Source: an uncultured delta proteobacterium
GTDB lineage: Bacteria; Desulfobacterota; Binatia; Binatales; Binataceae
NCBI GenBank assembly: GCA_963842085.1
Contig: CAWJET010000002.1
Location: 704,001 to 768,000, forward strand
DNA: 64,000 bases
Direction of reading: 5' to 3'
The notes under the pieces are model-generated. The model was not told the DNA's origin and made no database searches. It was given only the letters and a program-made list of their open reading frames with translations. The position numbers were made by a program, and so were the translations under genes. Shown here piece after piece: positions 36,692 to 49,968 of this stretch (the stretch's first letter is position 1; every line of letters starts with the position of its first letter).

Positions 36692-37411
36692 CTAGCCCTT
36701 GTTGGCGAGGACGCGATCCGGCGCGGGCGGGTGATGCTCGCTGACTTTGTCTTCGAGGCAATCCTGGCGTTCCTCGATTTCTTCCATCCGCACGCCCATC
36801 TTGTTGAGCTTCTCGATTAGATTGCCCATCGCGCGCGCGACCGGGTCGGGCAGCTTGGCGTGGTCGAGTTCCATAACGTCGTGACGAGCGCTGTCGCCCT
36901 CGATCACTTTGCCGGGGATCCCGACAATGGTTGACCACGGCGGCGACGACGATACGACCACGGCGCCCGCGCCGATCCTGCTGCCCTCGCCGATTCGCAC
37001 CGGCCCGATCACCGATGCGCCCGCGCTGACCATCACGTGATCCTCGAGTGTCGGGTGCCGCTTCTCCTTCTTGAGGCTGGTGCCGCCGAGCGTGACGCCC
37101 TGGTAGATGAGGACGTCATCGCCGATTTCCGTGGTCTCGCCGACCACGATGCCCATGCCATGGTCGATGAACAACCGCCGGCCGATTTTCGCGCCGGGAT
37201 GAATCTCGATTCCGGTGATGAAGCGCGCCAGCTCGCTCACCAGGCGGCCGAGCAGCTTGCAGTGATGCTCCCAGAGCCAATGTGCGACGCGATAGGCCCA
37301 GACCGCGTGAAGCCCGGGATACGCGAGCACCACCTCGAGCGTAGTGCGGGCGGCGGGGTCGCGGTCGAAGACCGCCTGGATGTCTTCCCTCATTCGGCTT
37401 ACAACACCCAT
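36692..37411 (-). CDS. cysE: Serine O-acetyltransferase
   Basis: [33 protein letters not shown]. Confidence 0.97.
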   Translation of the reverse strand: MGVVSRMREDIQAVFDRDPAARTTLEVVLAYPGLHAVWAYRVAHWLWEHHCKLLGRLVSELARFITGIEIHPGAKIGRRLFIDHGMGIVVGETTEIGDDVLIYQGVTLGGTSLKKEKRHPTLEDHVMVSAGASVIGPVRIGEGSRIGAGAVVVSSSPPWSTIVGIPGKVIEGDSARHDVMELDHAKLPDPVARAMGNLIEKLNKMGVRMEEIEERQDCLEDKVSEHHPPAPDRVLANKG

Positions 37412-37444
37412 GGCTCGTTCCTCTTTTTTTCCGCCCGCCGCGCG

Positions 37445-39124
<1,680 letters not shown>

Positions 39125-39129
39125 CGGAC

Positions 39130-40377
39130 TCAAACTGACTCCCGCGGCGCGGCGTTCGGCGCGCCATCGCCGTTGACAAACGCGTCGTGCAGCGCACGCA
39201 TCGCGAGTTCTCCGTATTTTGAATTTACCACGACCGAGACCTTAATCTCCGAGGTGGAAATCATCTCGATATTAATCCGCTCAGCCGCCAGCACCTGGAA
39301 CATCGTGGCCGCGACGCCAGCATGCGTGCGCATCCCAACGCCGACCACCGAAACCTTGGCGACCTGGTCGTCGTGCCGCACGCCGGCCGCGCCGATTTCG
39401 TTTGCCGTGCGCGTGACGATTTCGAGCGCGCGCTTGAGGTCTTCGCGCCCGATCGTAAACGTCATATCGGTGTGGCCGTCGGCGCTGGCGTTCTGGATAA
39501 TCATGTCCACGACAATTCCCGCCTCCGCGATGGGGCTGAAAATCTTCGCCGCCAGACCGGGCCGATCCTCGACGCCGGCTACTGTTATCTTGCTTTGATT
39601 CTGGTCGAGCGTTACGCCCGAAACGAGCACGTCCTCCATCGACTGATCCTCTTGTCCAACCCACGTTCCCTCGGCTTCGCCGAAGCTGGAGCGGACGACG
39701 AGCGGCACGTTGTAGCGGCGGGCGAGTTCCACGGAGCGGGTTTGCAGGACCTTCGCGCCGAGTCCCGCCATCTCGAGCATCTCATCATAGGAGATGCGTC
39801 CGAGTTTTTTTGCTTTGGGGCAGATGTTGGGATCGGCGGTGTAGACGCCGTCCACGTCGGTGTAGATTTCGCAGGCGTCCGCTTTGAGAGCGGCTGCCAG
39901 CGCAACCGCAGTCAGGTCTGACGCGCCGCGGCCAAGCGTCGTGATATCGCCGCTGGGGTTGACGCCCTGGTAACCGGCCACGACGGCAATCTGTCCGTCA
40001 TCGAGCGCGCGCATCACGCGATCGCATTGCACGGATTTGATTCGCGCGCGGCCGTGATTCGAGTCGGTGGTCAGGTTCATTTGAAATGCGAGAAAAGAAA
40101 CCGTCGGATGTCCCATCGCCTGCAGCCGGATCGCCAGCAGCGCGGCCGAGACCTGCTCGCCGGTGGCGACCAGCACGTCGGTCTCGCGCGCGCTGGGCGC
40201 TTCGCTAAGTTCGGAAGCGAGTTTGAACAGCCGGTTGGTCTCGCCGGCCATCGCGGAGACCACGACAACGATCCGATTGCCCGCGTCGCACGCCCTGACG
40301 ACGCGATCGGCGACCGCCTTGATCCGGTCGATCGAGCCGACCGACGTTCCGCCGTATTTTTGAACGACCAATCCCAC
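39130..40377 (-). CDS. lysC: Aspartate kinase
   Basis: VQKYGGTSVG, TTLGRG, IYTDVDGVYTADP, two ACT domains, STSEIK. Confidence 0.97.
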   Translation of the reverse strand: MGLVVQKYGGTSVGSIDRIKAVADRVVRACDAGNRIVVVVSAMAGETNRLFKLASELSEAPSARETDVLVATGEQVSAALLAIRLQAMGHPTVSFLAFQMNLTTDSNHGRARIKSVQCDRVMRALDDGQIAVVAGYQGVNPSGDITTLGRGASDLTAVALAAALKADACEIYTDVDGVYTADPNICPKAKKLGRISYDEMLEMAGLGAKVLQTRSVELARRYNVPLVVRSSFGEAEGTWVGQEDQSMEDVLVSGVTLDQNQSKITVAGVEDRPGLAAKIFSPIAEAGIVVDMIIQNASADGHTDMTFTIGREDLKRALEIVTRTANEIGAAGVRHDDQVAKVSVVGVGMRTHAGVAATMFQVLAAERINIEMISTSEIKVSVVVNSKYGELAMRALHDAFVNGDGAPNAAPRESV

Positions 40378-40521
40378 CAAAATGACCCTGTTCGCCCCGA
40401 AAAATGGGGTAATCAAGTATTATGATCGGAAAAGAGACCCCAAACCAGCCCCCATGTTGCCATAACGTTCGTTCGGGTACGCGGTTAATATAGGTATCGG
40501 CGGAATTGGGGAGATAAGCAG

Positions 40522-40866
40522 ATGCCTTTCATTGACACTAACGAGTTGAACACCATCGAGCGCCTTCCCGGATGGAAGGGGAAGTACTTCGACTCGGAGA
40601 GCATGACCTTCGGGCACTACGTGTTCGAGGCGGGATCGACGATTCATGAACACTCGCGTCCGAACGAGGAAGTGTGGAACGTCATCGAAGGTCAGCTCGA
40701 AGTGACCATCGGCGGTAAGACGCAAGTTGCCGGCCCCGGCTTCGTCGCAATCGTACCGCCGGACACCAAGCACTTCGTGAAGGCGATCACGGATGGGCGA
40801 GCAATCGTGGTGGATTATCCGTTGCGCCGCGAGATGACCGGCAGCAGATCGCCAAAGTCAAAATAG
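40522..40866 (+). CDS. Cupin domain protein
   Basis: HEHSRPNEEV..VIEG, VPPDTKH. Confidence 0.88.
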   Translation: MPFIDTNELNTIERLPGWKGKYFDSESMTFGHYVFEAGSTIHEHSRPNEEVWNVIEGQLEVTIGGKTQVAGPGFVAIVPPDTKHFVKAITDGRAIVVDYPLRREMTGSRSPKSK

Positions 40867-40877
40867 ACACTGCCACC

Positions 40878-41384
40878 TCACGCGAAGCGGCGCTTCAACT
40901 TGGAAATAATCTGCGCGTGACGCGAGTCGCCTGCGCTGAATTCGATGCGGCGCAGGTCCGCGCCGGCGTAACCGATGCGGACTGACAAATACTCCAACTC
41001 CGCGCCGCCGCGCAGGCGCTCGAACCATTCGACTGCCGCGACGCCTTCGGAAAACAAGTATTCGCGAAGGCCCAGGTCGTCGAGCGTCGCCTCTTCGAGG
41101 CGGTACAGATCAATGTGATAAAGCGGGAAGCGGCCGTGATGCTCCTGGATCATCGTGAAGGTTGGGCTCAGGATGTCCTCTTCGCGCAGGCTGAGTCCGC
41201 TCGCGAGGCCCTTGATGAAGCACGTTTTGCCCGCGCCGAGGTCGCCAATCAGGCCGAGCAGCTCGCCGCCTTCGAGCAGCGAGGCCAGCCGCCGTCCCCA
41301 CGATTTGGTTTCGTGCGGCGAGCGGCTCTCGATCACCATCGTGACCACGGTCGCGCCTTTTTCAGTGGCCTGATTAGTCATCAC
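40878..41384 (-). CDS. tsaE: t6A biosynthesis ATPase TsaE
   Basis: GDLGAGKT, SPTF, HIDLYRL, VEW. Confidence 0.96.
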   Translation of the reverse strand: MMTNQATEKGATVVTMVIESRSPHETKSWGRRLASLLEGGELLGLIGDLGAGKTCFIKGLASGLSLREEDILSPTFTMIQEHHGRFPLYHIDLYRLEEATLDDLGLREYLFSEGVAAVEWFERLRGGAELEYLSVRIGYAGADLRRIEFSAGDSRHAQIISKLKRRFA

Positions 41385-41414
41385 GAACCCAGTCAGCGAT
41401 CAATAATACCGCAA

Positions 41415-42968
41415 CTACTTCGCTAGTGCTTCAAACGCCGCCGGCAGCTCATCAATCACGTCGCCGGCAATATAGCCGACACGCCCCATCCGCGACGCTA
41501 CGCGATCGGCCGCGTAGCCGTGGAGAAAGACGCCGAGCGCGAGCGCGTCGAGCGGGCGCATGTGCTGTCCGAGCAGCGCGCCGACCATTCCCGAGAGCGC
41601 GTCGCCCATCCCAGGCGTGGCCATCCCGGGATTCCCGGTCGAGTTGACGAAGATGTCGCCGGCGGGAGACGCGATAACCGAGCGCGCACCCTTAATCAGC
41701 ACGGTCGCTCCGGTTCGTTCTGCCAAAATGCGCGCCGCCGACACGCGATCGTCGTTGATAGTCGCGGTCGGCACGCCGAGCAGTCGCGCGGCTTCTCCCG
41801 GATGTGGCGTCAGCACGACCGGACCGCGCGCACGCCTTAAAGCCTCGTAGCCGAGCGCGGCGAGTGCGTTCAGCCCGTCGGCATCGATCAGCATCGCACG
41901 CTCGGGATCGGAGGCGTCCGCGATCAGCCATTCGATAAGGCGCTTGGTGTCGTCGCTGACGCCCATTCCCGGTCCCACGATCAGCGCGTTCTTGCCGTCG
42001 ATGATCATCTTAAATGCGTTGGGGGCGTGAGCGCCGTCAAAATGACCGTCACGATCTGCTATCGGCTCTGTCATCAGCTCGGCCTGCCCCCCCGCGACGA
42101 TTGGCTGGATCGATTCCGGCACCGCCGCCGTAACCAGGCCCGCACCCGTTCTCAGGGCGGCGCGCGATGCGAGCAGCACGGCGCCCGACTTGCCGCGGCC
42201 GCCGGCTATCACCAGCGGATGCCCGTACATTCCCTTGTGCGAATTCTCCGGCCGGACGCGAATCAGATGCTGAATGTCAGCGCGTTCGAGGAATCGTCCG
42301 CGCGGCGCAATCTCGCTGATCGCGCGCGGTGCGAATCCGATATCGACGACTCGCAACTCGCCACATTGCCCGGCGCCGGGATATGAGACGTGGCCGAACT
42401 TCGCGAACCCGAATGTCACCGTGAGCGAGGCTCGAATGGCCGCGCCCATGACGGCGCCCGTGTCCGAGTTGACCCCCGACGCGATATCGACGGCGACCGT
42501 CGGCGCCGCGAGTGAATTAACTATCTCGATCGCGCGGCGCGGCCCGTCTTTTACCTCGGCGTTCAGCCCCGTGCCGAATATCGCGTCGATAACAGCGCTC
42601 GGCCGGTTGCTCAGAGCGGCATCGAGGTTGGACTCCCCCGGCGCCTCGATCGTGTTGCCGCCGGATGCGCGAAACTCCGCGTGCGCGCGCGCAGCGTCGC
42701 CCTTCAAGTCCGCCGCGTGGCCGAGCAGGACCGCTCGCACCGCGAAGCCGTCCTGCTTCAGCCGTCGCGCTGCGACGAATCCGTCGCCGCCGTTGTTGCC
42801 CTTGCCGGCCAGCACGAGCACGTCGGTCGCCCCATCGGAAAACCGCTCGATGAGCGCGTCGGCGACGGCCTCGCCCGCGCGCGTCATCAGCGAGTACGAC
42901 GGAATTCCGTATTTTTCCCGGCTGATGCGATCGAGTTCGCGGCTTTCGGCGGCGTTGAGCAAAATCAT
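41415..42968 (-). CDS. nnr: Bifunctional NAD(P)H-hydrate repair enzyme
   Basis: GKGNNGGDG, DAIFGTG, HKG.YG, DADGLN, LTPHPGEA, GMGD. Confidence 0.96.
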   Translation of the reverse strand: MILLNAAESRELDRISREKYGIPSYSLMTRAGEAVADALIERFSDGATDVLVLAGKGNNGGDGFVAARRLKQDGFAVRAVLLGHAADLKGDAARAHAEFRASGGNTIEAPGESNLDAALSNRPSAVIDAIFGTGLNAEVKDGPRRAIEIVNSLAAPTVAVDIASGVNSDTGAVMGAAIRASLTVTFGFAKFGHVSYPGAGQCGELRVVDIGFAPRAISEIAPRGRFLERADIQHLIRVRPENSHKGMYGHPLVIAGGRGKSGAVLLASRAALRTGAGLVTAAVPESIQPIVAGGQAELMTEPIADRDGHFDGAHAPNAFKMIIDGKNALIVGPGMGVSDDTKRLIEWLIADASDPERAMLIDADGLNALAALGYEALRRARGPVVLTPHPGEAARLLGVPTATINDDRVSAARILAERTGATVLIKGARSVIASPAGDIFVNSTGNPGMATPGMGDALSGMVGALLGQHMRPLDALALGVFLHGYAADRVASRMGRVGYIAGDVIDELPAAFEALAK

Positions 42969-43058
42969 TGTCAGCCATCCCGGGAAAAAATATTACACTA
43001 TGCGCCCGGACCGTGAATGCGGGGTGTCGCTCTGCTAGTTTTGGGGGACGGTGTCGGA

Positions 43059-43814
43059 ATGATTCGCCTCAGCGTCAACGTCAACAAAATCGCGACGCTC
43101 CGCAATGCGCGCGGCGGAACCATTCCCGACGTCGTCACGGCCGCGCGCACCTGCATTGCCGCGGGATGCCACGGGATAACAGTCCATCCGCGGCCCGACG
43201 CGCGGCACATCACGTTTCAGGACGTGTTCGACCTGGCTGCGATGATGACGGTCGAGTTCAACATCGAGGGCTACCCGGGCGCGGAGTTTCTCGACCTCGT
43301 GATGCGCGTGCGGCCGACGCAGGTGACGCTGGTGCCCGACCCGCTGGGCGTGCTGACGTCGAATGCGGGATGGGACCTGAAGAGCCGCGCGGCGGATTGG
43401 CTCGGCGACGTGCTCGCCAGGTTTCGCAAGGCGGGGATCCGCACCAGTCTGTTTCTCGAGACCGATGCCGAGCAGATCAAACGCGCGCTGGAACTCGGCG
43501 CCGATCGGATCGAACTGTACACCGGACCATATGCACACGCGTTCGGAACGCCGGCCGGCAACGAAATTCTCGCGGCGCATCGCGAGGCCGCACGCCTGGC
43601 GCGGGAAATTGGACTCGGGGTAAACGCCGGTCACGATCTCGATCTCAAGAACATTCCCGCCTATGTGAAAGCCGTCAAGGGCTTGCAGGAAGTCTCGATC
43701 GGCCACGCGCTCATTTCGGACGCGCTCTACATGGGCCTGACGCGCACGGTGAAGGCGTATCTGAAGGCGCTGGGCTCGAAACCGCTGAAGCTCAAGCGCG
43801 CGAAACGAAAATAA
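43059..43814 (+). CDS. pdxJ: Pyridoxine 5'-phosphate synthase
   Basis: LSVNVNKIATLRNARG, GITVHPRPD.RHI, TLVPD, IELYTGPY, NAGHDL, EVSIGHA. Confidence 0.96.
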   Translation: MIRLSVNVNKIATLRNARGGTIPDVVTAARTCIAAGCHGITVHPRPDARHITFQDVFDLAAMMTVEFNIEGYPGAEFLDLVMRVRPTQVTLVPDPLGVLTSNAGWDLKSRAADWLGDVLARFRKAGIRTSLFLETDAEQIKRALELGADRIELYTGPYAHAFGTPAGNEILAAHREAARLAREIGLGVNAGHDLDLKNIPAYVKAVKGLQEVSIGHALISDALYMGLTRTVKAYLKALGSKPLKLKRAKRK

Positions 43815-43817
43815 CGG

Positions 43818-45185
43818 TCACTGCGCGCCGACGTACTTCTGGATCGCGGCGCCAATTTCCTGCGCTAACGTTTTGATCTGAACGCCGTCCTCGCCTTCAA
43901 CCATCACGCGCGCGAGCATCTCGGTGCCCGAATATCGCACCAGCAGGCGGCCGCTGCCGGCCAGCCGTTTCTCGGCGTCGGCAATTATTCTTTGAACGTC
44001 GGGCATCTCGGCGAGCGGCACGCGATTTCGCACGCGCACGTTTTCCAGGACCTGCGGCACGCGGCGCATCGCGCGAAGTTCGCTCAGCGTGCGCCCGCTC
44101 TCGGCCAACTGCGCGAGGACCAGCAACGCGCTGATCAGTCCGTCGCCGGTGGTCGAGTAATCCATGAAGATCACGTGCCCCGACTGCTCGCCACCCAGGT
44201 TGTAGGAGTTGAGCCGCATCTCGCGCGCGACCGCGGGGTCGCCGACCTCGGTGCGAATCAGCCGCACGCCCGCGTCGCGCAGCGCCAGCTCGAGTCCGAA
44301 GTTGCTCAGCACGGTTGCGACGACAGCGTTGCCGCGCAGCCGCCCTTCGGCGGCCAGCTTGCGCCCGAGCAGCGCCATCACGTCGTCGCCGTCGAACACT
44401 TCGCCGCGCTCGTCGATCAGCATCACGCGATCGCCGTCGCCGTCGAGCGCGATGCCGACGTCGCAATGCTCGCGCAGAACGGCTTCGCGAATCGCGTCGA
44501 GATGCACCGCGCCGCAATTCAGATTGATGTTCGTGCCGTTGGGATCGACGCCGATCGTAACGACCTCGGCGCCAAGCTCCTCGAGCGCGTCGGGACCGAC
44601 CTTGTAGGCCGCGCCGTTGGCGCAATCGATCGCAACTTTGAGCCCGTCGAATACGACCGAGCGCGGCAGGCACGATTTCAGAAACACCAGGTAACGGCCA
44701 AGCGCGTCGTCGATTCGCGCCGCCTTGCCGATATCGTCCGCGCGCGCGCGATGCCTGGCGATCTCGCTCTCGTCGAACACCAGCGCTTCGATTCGCCGCT
44801 CGGTCTCGTCATCGAGCTTGAAACCCTCGCCCGAAAAAAACTTGATCCCGTTGTCCTGGAAGGGATTGTGCGAGGCTGAGATGACCACGCCCGCGTCCGC
44901 GCGCATGCTGCGGGTCAGAAACGCGATCGCCGGGGTCGGCAGCGGGCCCACCAGCCATACGTCAACGCCCATCGAGCAGATGCCGGATTCGATCGCCGTC
45001 TCGAGCATGTAGCCCGAGAGCCGCGTATCCTTGCCGATCAGAATTCTGCGATGACGTCCGGCCGAATTGCGGAACACATGCGCGAGCGCGCGGCCGAGCT
45101 TCAGCGCGGTCTCGGAGGTAATCGGCTCCTGGTTGGCGACTCCGCGGACGCCGTCAGTGCCGAACAGTTTACGATGGGTGCTCAT
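43818..45185 (-). CDS. glmM: Phosphoglucosamine mutase
   Basis: FGTDGVRG, GKDTRLSG, SASHNP, DGDGDR, GGEQSGH. Confidence 0.97.
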   Translation of the reverse strand: MSTHRKLFGTDGVRGVANQEPITSETALKLGRALAHVFRNSAGRHRRILIGKDTRLSGYMLETAIESGICSMGVDVWLVGPLPTPAIAFLTRSMRADAGVVISASHNPFQDNGIKFFSGEGFKLDDETERRIEALVFDESEIARHRARADDIGKAARIDDALGRYLVFLKSCLPRSVVFDGLKVAIDCANGAAYKVGPDALEELGAEVVTIGVDPNGTNINLNCGAVHLDAIREAVLREHCDVGIALDGDGDRVMLIDERGEVFDGDDVMALLGRKLAAEGRLRGNAVVATVLSNFGLELALRDAGVRLIRTEVGDPAVAREMRLNSYNLGGEQSGHVIFMDYSTTGDGLISALLVLAQLAESGRTLSELRAMRRVPQVLENVRVRNRVPLAEMPDVQRIIADAEKRLAGSGRLLVRYSGTEMLARVMVEGEDGVQIKTLAQEIGAAIQKYVGAQ

Positions 45186-46152
45186 CGGCAGTGGTTGTCA
45201 GCTTTTGGCGATACATCCGCAGTCTAACCTTGTCAGGCGACTGACGCACCAACTGCATGCCGTCGGGCAGCGTCACCTGCAGCGGCAATTCGTGCGAGCC
45301 CGGCGCCATGCCCTTGGCGTCGACGTAGGCCAACCCCTTGGGCTCGAGACTGGCGAGCTTGATGGCGGGCCCGCGAATAGTCAGCGTCGCCTGTTTGGGC
45401 TCGACGCGGTACTTGAAATCGCTGTCCTTGACCTCGACATCCACCGCGCGAAACTCGCGGTCGGTAATCGCCTCGGCGACATTGACCTTCGCCTCGACGT
45501 GACCGGTGGATAGTCCCAGCGACGGATTGGGCGTCACAATATCAACCGAACGGTTGGTATCCGAGGTGAGCCCTTTCAAGTCGAAGGGTTCCGTGCCGAC
45601 CGAGGTGAGTGGTGCGACATAACGGCTGGGCCCGACGATAGTAACGCTGGGCGGCGTGATATCCACCGATGAAATCGTATATCCGGGCGCGACTCTTCCC
45701 TCGACCGCCAGATGCACCGGCACGTCGCGCGTAACCATCCGATCGATATCCAGCGACAATTGGTCCGGCGAGATGCCGGTCACAGTGGTGTTTCGCCCCA
45801 CGTTGAACATCGCCGGATATATCTTGAATTCGGATTGTCCCGCCGCCACGCCGCGCAGATCCAGCTTGAGCGTCAGCCGCTCGGGATCCAGCAGCGAGAG
45901 CAGTGTGCGCGGACCGGTAACCTCGATTTTTACCACTGCCGGCGGATGGTTTACGATCACCATCCCCGGCGGCAGCGAACGATAGCTGATAGGTACTGTG
46001 AGCGACTCGACCGAGCCCCGCTCGCCGGCGTTGACGAATACCCAGAGCCCGATCGCGAGCACCAGGGCGAGTATGCGAAGCCCGATGTTGGCGCCGCGCA
46101 GCCGCCGCGCGCCGCGGCTCGTCAACCGCTTTGTGAGGTCGCCCAGTTTCAT
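45169..46152 (-). CDS. cdaR: CdaR/YbbR domain regulator
   Basis: N-terminal TM (ALVLAIGLWVFV), three YbbR-like repeats, position between cdaA and glmM. Confidence 0.9.
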   Translation of the reverse strand: MKLGDLTKRLTSRGARRLRGANIGLRILALVLAIGLWVFVNAGERGSVESLTVPISYRSLPPGMVIVNHPPAVVKIEVTGPRTLLSLLDPERLTLKLDLRGVAAGQSEFKIYPAMFNVGRNTTVTGISPDQLSLDIDRMVTRDVPVHLAVEGRVAPGYTISSVDITPPSVTIVGPSRYVAPLTSVGTEPFDLKGLTSDTNRSVDIVTPNPSLGLSTGHVEAKVNVAEAITDREFRAVDVEVKDSDFKYRVEPKQATLTIRGPAIKLASLEPKGLAYVDAKGMAPGSHELPLQVTLPDGMQLVRQSPDKVRLRMYRQKLTTTADEHPS

Positions 46153-46188
46153 CGTGCGTCGTCCGGCAGCTCTTTTCCCACCGCGCGC

Positions 46189-46941
46189 CTAACCGGGCAG
46201 CTTCCTTAGTGTGGACAGGACTTCGGCCGGTTCCAGTCCGCGGCTCAGCACGCCGCCGCGCGCAAGAGAAATCTGCCCGCTCTCCTCGGACACGACCAGC
46301 ACCAGCGCGTCGCTGTCCTCGCTCATCCCGATCGCCGCGCGATGACGGGTGCCCAGCGACAGGCTCACGTTGGGGTTTTGCGACAACGGCAACAGGCACG
46401 CCGCGGCGAGGATGCGGTCGCCGTTGATGATCACGGCGCCATCATGCAGCGGGGAACCGTTCATGAAAATCGTCTCGAGCAGTTCGGGCGAGACCTTGCC
46501 ATCAACGACTCTGCCGCTTTCGACGAACTCACCCAGCCCGTCGTCCTGTTCGATCACTATCAGCGCGCCCACTTTACGCGCCGACAGCCACGCCGCCGCG
46601 GTCGCTATTCCCTCCGCCGGCGTGGCCGCTACAGCGCCCCGGCCAAGGAACGATTGCGCGCCGACGCGCGTCAGCGCGCGCCGAATGTCCGCCTGGAAGA
46701 TAACCACCAGGATCACGAACAACGAACCAAGGAAGTTGTTCAGGAGCCAGTTGAGCGTGAACAGTCCGAGCACCTGCGACGCCACGAACGCGCCGCCCAC
46801 GATCACCATCCCCAGCACCATCTGCATCGTGCGCGTGCCGCGAATCAGGAGCGCGATCCGGTAGATCACGTACGCCACGATCACGATGTCGACGACATCC
46901 TGCCACCGCGGCTGCGGTATCATGGGTATGTAGCTATGCAT
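46189..46941 (-). CDS. cdaA: Diadenylate cyclase CdaA
   Basis: Three TMs, IFQ.DIRRAL, PLHDGAV, GTRHRAAIG, VSEE. Confidence 0.96.
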   Translation of the reverse strand: MHSYIPMIPQPRWQDVVDIVIVAYVIYRIALLIRGTRTMQMVLGMVIVGGAFVASQVLGLFTLNWLLNNFLGSLFVILVVIFQADIRRALTRVGAQSFLGRGAVAATPAEGIATAAAWLSARKVGALIVIEQDDGLGEFVESGRVVDGKVSPELLETIFMNGSPLHDGAVIINGDRILAAACLLPLSQNPNVSLSLGTRHRAAIGMSEDSDALVLVVSEESGQISLARGGVLSRGLEPAEVLSTLRKLPG

Positions 46942-47884
46942 TGCGCCTGAACCGCTGATCCCGTCCCGCCAGCGCCGCCGCCATGCGGACAACAGCCGCC
47001 GCCGCGCCGGCGTCGTGCACGCGCACCATCGACGCGCCCGCCGCAATCGCCAGCGCGTTGGCAGCCGCCGTGCCGAATTCCAAATCGCGCTCGTTCGGCA
47101 CCGCGCCGTTGGCGCCCGCGATTCGCGCGACGAAGTTTTTGCGCGACGCTCCTACCAATACGGGATAGCCGAGCGCACAGAGGTCGGGCAAGGCGGCCAG
47201 CAACTTCAAATTATGCTGGGCAGTCTTGGCGAAGCCTAGTCCCGGATCGACGATTATTCGCGCGCGCACCACTCCGGCGCCGGCGGCAAAGCTGGCGCGC
47301 GCCGCCAGGTAGGCGACGACCTCGCGCACCACGTCGCGGTAGCGCGCGAACTCGATATGATTGGCGGGACCGCCGCGCATATGCATCAGCACCACCGCGC
47401 ACCTCGTTCGCGCCGCCAGCGGCGCCATCTCACGGTCGTGCTCGAGGGCAGTGATATCGTTGATCATCGCCGCCCCCGACTCGAGCGCGACGCGCGCAAC
47501 CTCCGCCCGCCGCGTGTCGATCGAGATTGGCGCTCGCAGCCGCTTGCCCAGCCGCGCGAGCACCGGCGCCACTCGGGTGAGCTCGACCTCGACTGGAATT
47601 TCTATTGCACCGGCCGGACGCGACGATTCTCCGCCCACATCGATCACGTCCGCACCCGCCGCTTCCATCGCAAGCGCATGCTCGACGGCGCGCTCCGGGT
47701 CCAGGTATCTCCCGCCGTCGGAGAAGGAGTCGGGCGTCACGTTGAGCACGCCCATCACTGCCGGGAACTTGATTACGCGGCCGTCGGCCAGCTTGAGATT
47801 CGAAGGCGACGATTGAAATTGAACCGCCCGCTTGCGCAGGTCGTTGGAGTTCGATGAGTTGGATTGAATCCGCGAGCGTCGCAT
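46934..47884 (-). CDS. folP: Dihydropteroate synthase
   Basis: MGVLNVTPDSFSDGG, DVGGESSRP, SIDT, DPGLGFAK, SRK, RVHD. Start uncertain. Confidence 0.96.
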   Translation of the reverse strand: MRRSRIQSNSSNSNDLRKRAVQFQSSPSNLKLADGRVIKFPAVMGVLNVTPDSFSDGGRYLDPERAVEHALAMEAAGADVIDVGGESSRPAGAIEIPVEVELTRVAPVLARLGKRLRAPISIDTRRAEVARVALESGAAMINDITALEHDREMAPLAARTRCAVVLMHMRGGPANHIEFARYRDVVREVVAYLAARASFAAGAGVVRARIIVDPGLGFAKTAQHNLKLLAALPDLCALGYPVLVGASRKNFVARIAGANGAVPNERDLEFGTAAANALAIAAGASMVRVHDAGAAAAVVRMAAALAGRDQRFRRNA

Positions 47885-47983
47885 CGCACCGGCCCCACTT
47901 TCCCCTCGCCCGCGCGGCCACCGGCTCGCGGTTGCGAATCGGATCGGTCGCGGCGCCGCGCTCAGCGAAAACGCGCGCGACGA

Positions 47984-49918
<1,935 letters not shown>

Positions 49919-49968
49919 GCTATTAAAAAAGTATCACGCACGTTGATCAGCACGCAACGTGGCAAGCG

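Noticed and set aside
40378-40521. Possible lysine riboswitch upstream of lysC
   Set aside because: The region is short, shared with a divergent cupin promoter, and shows no L-box conserved motifs.
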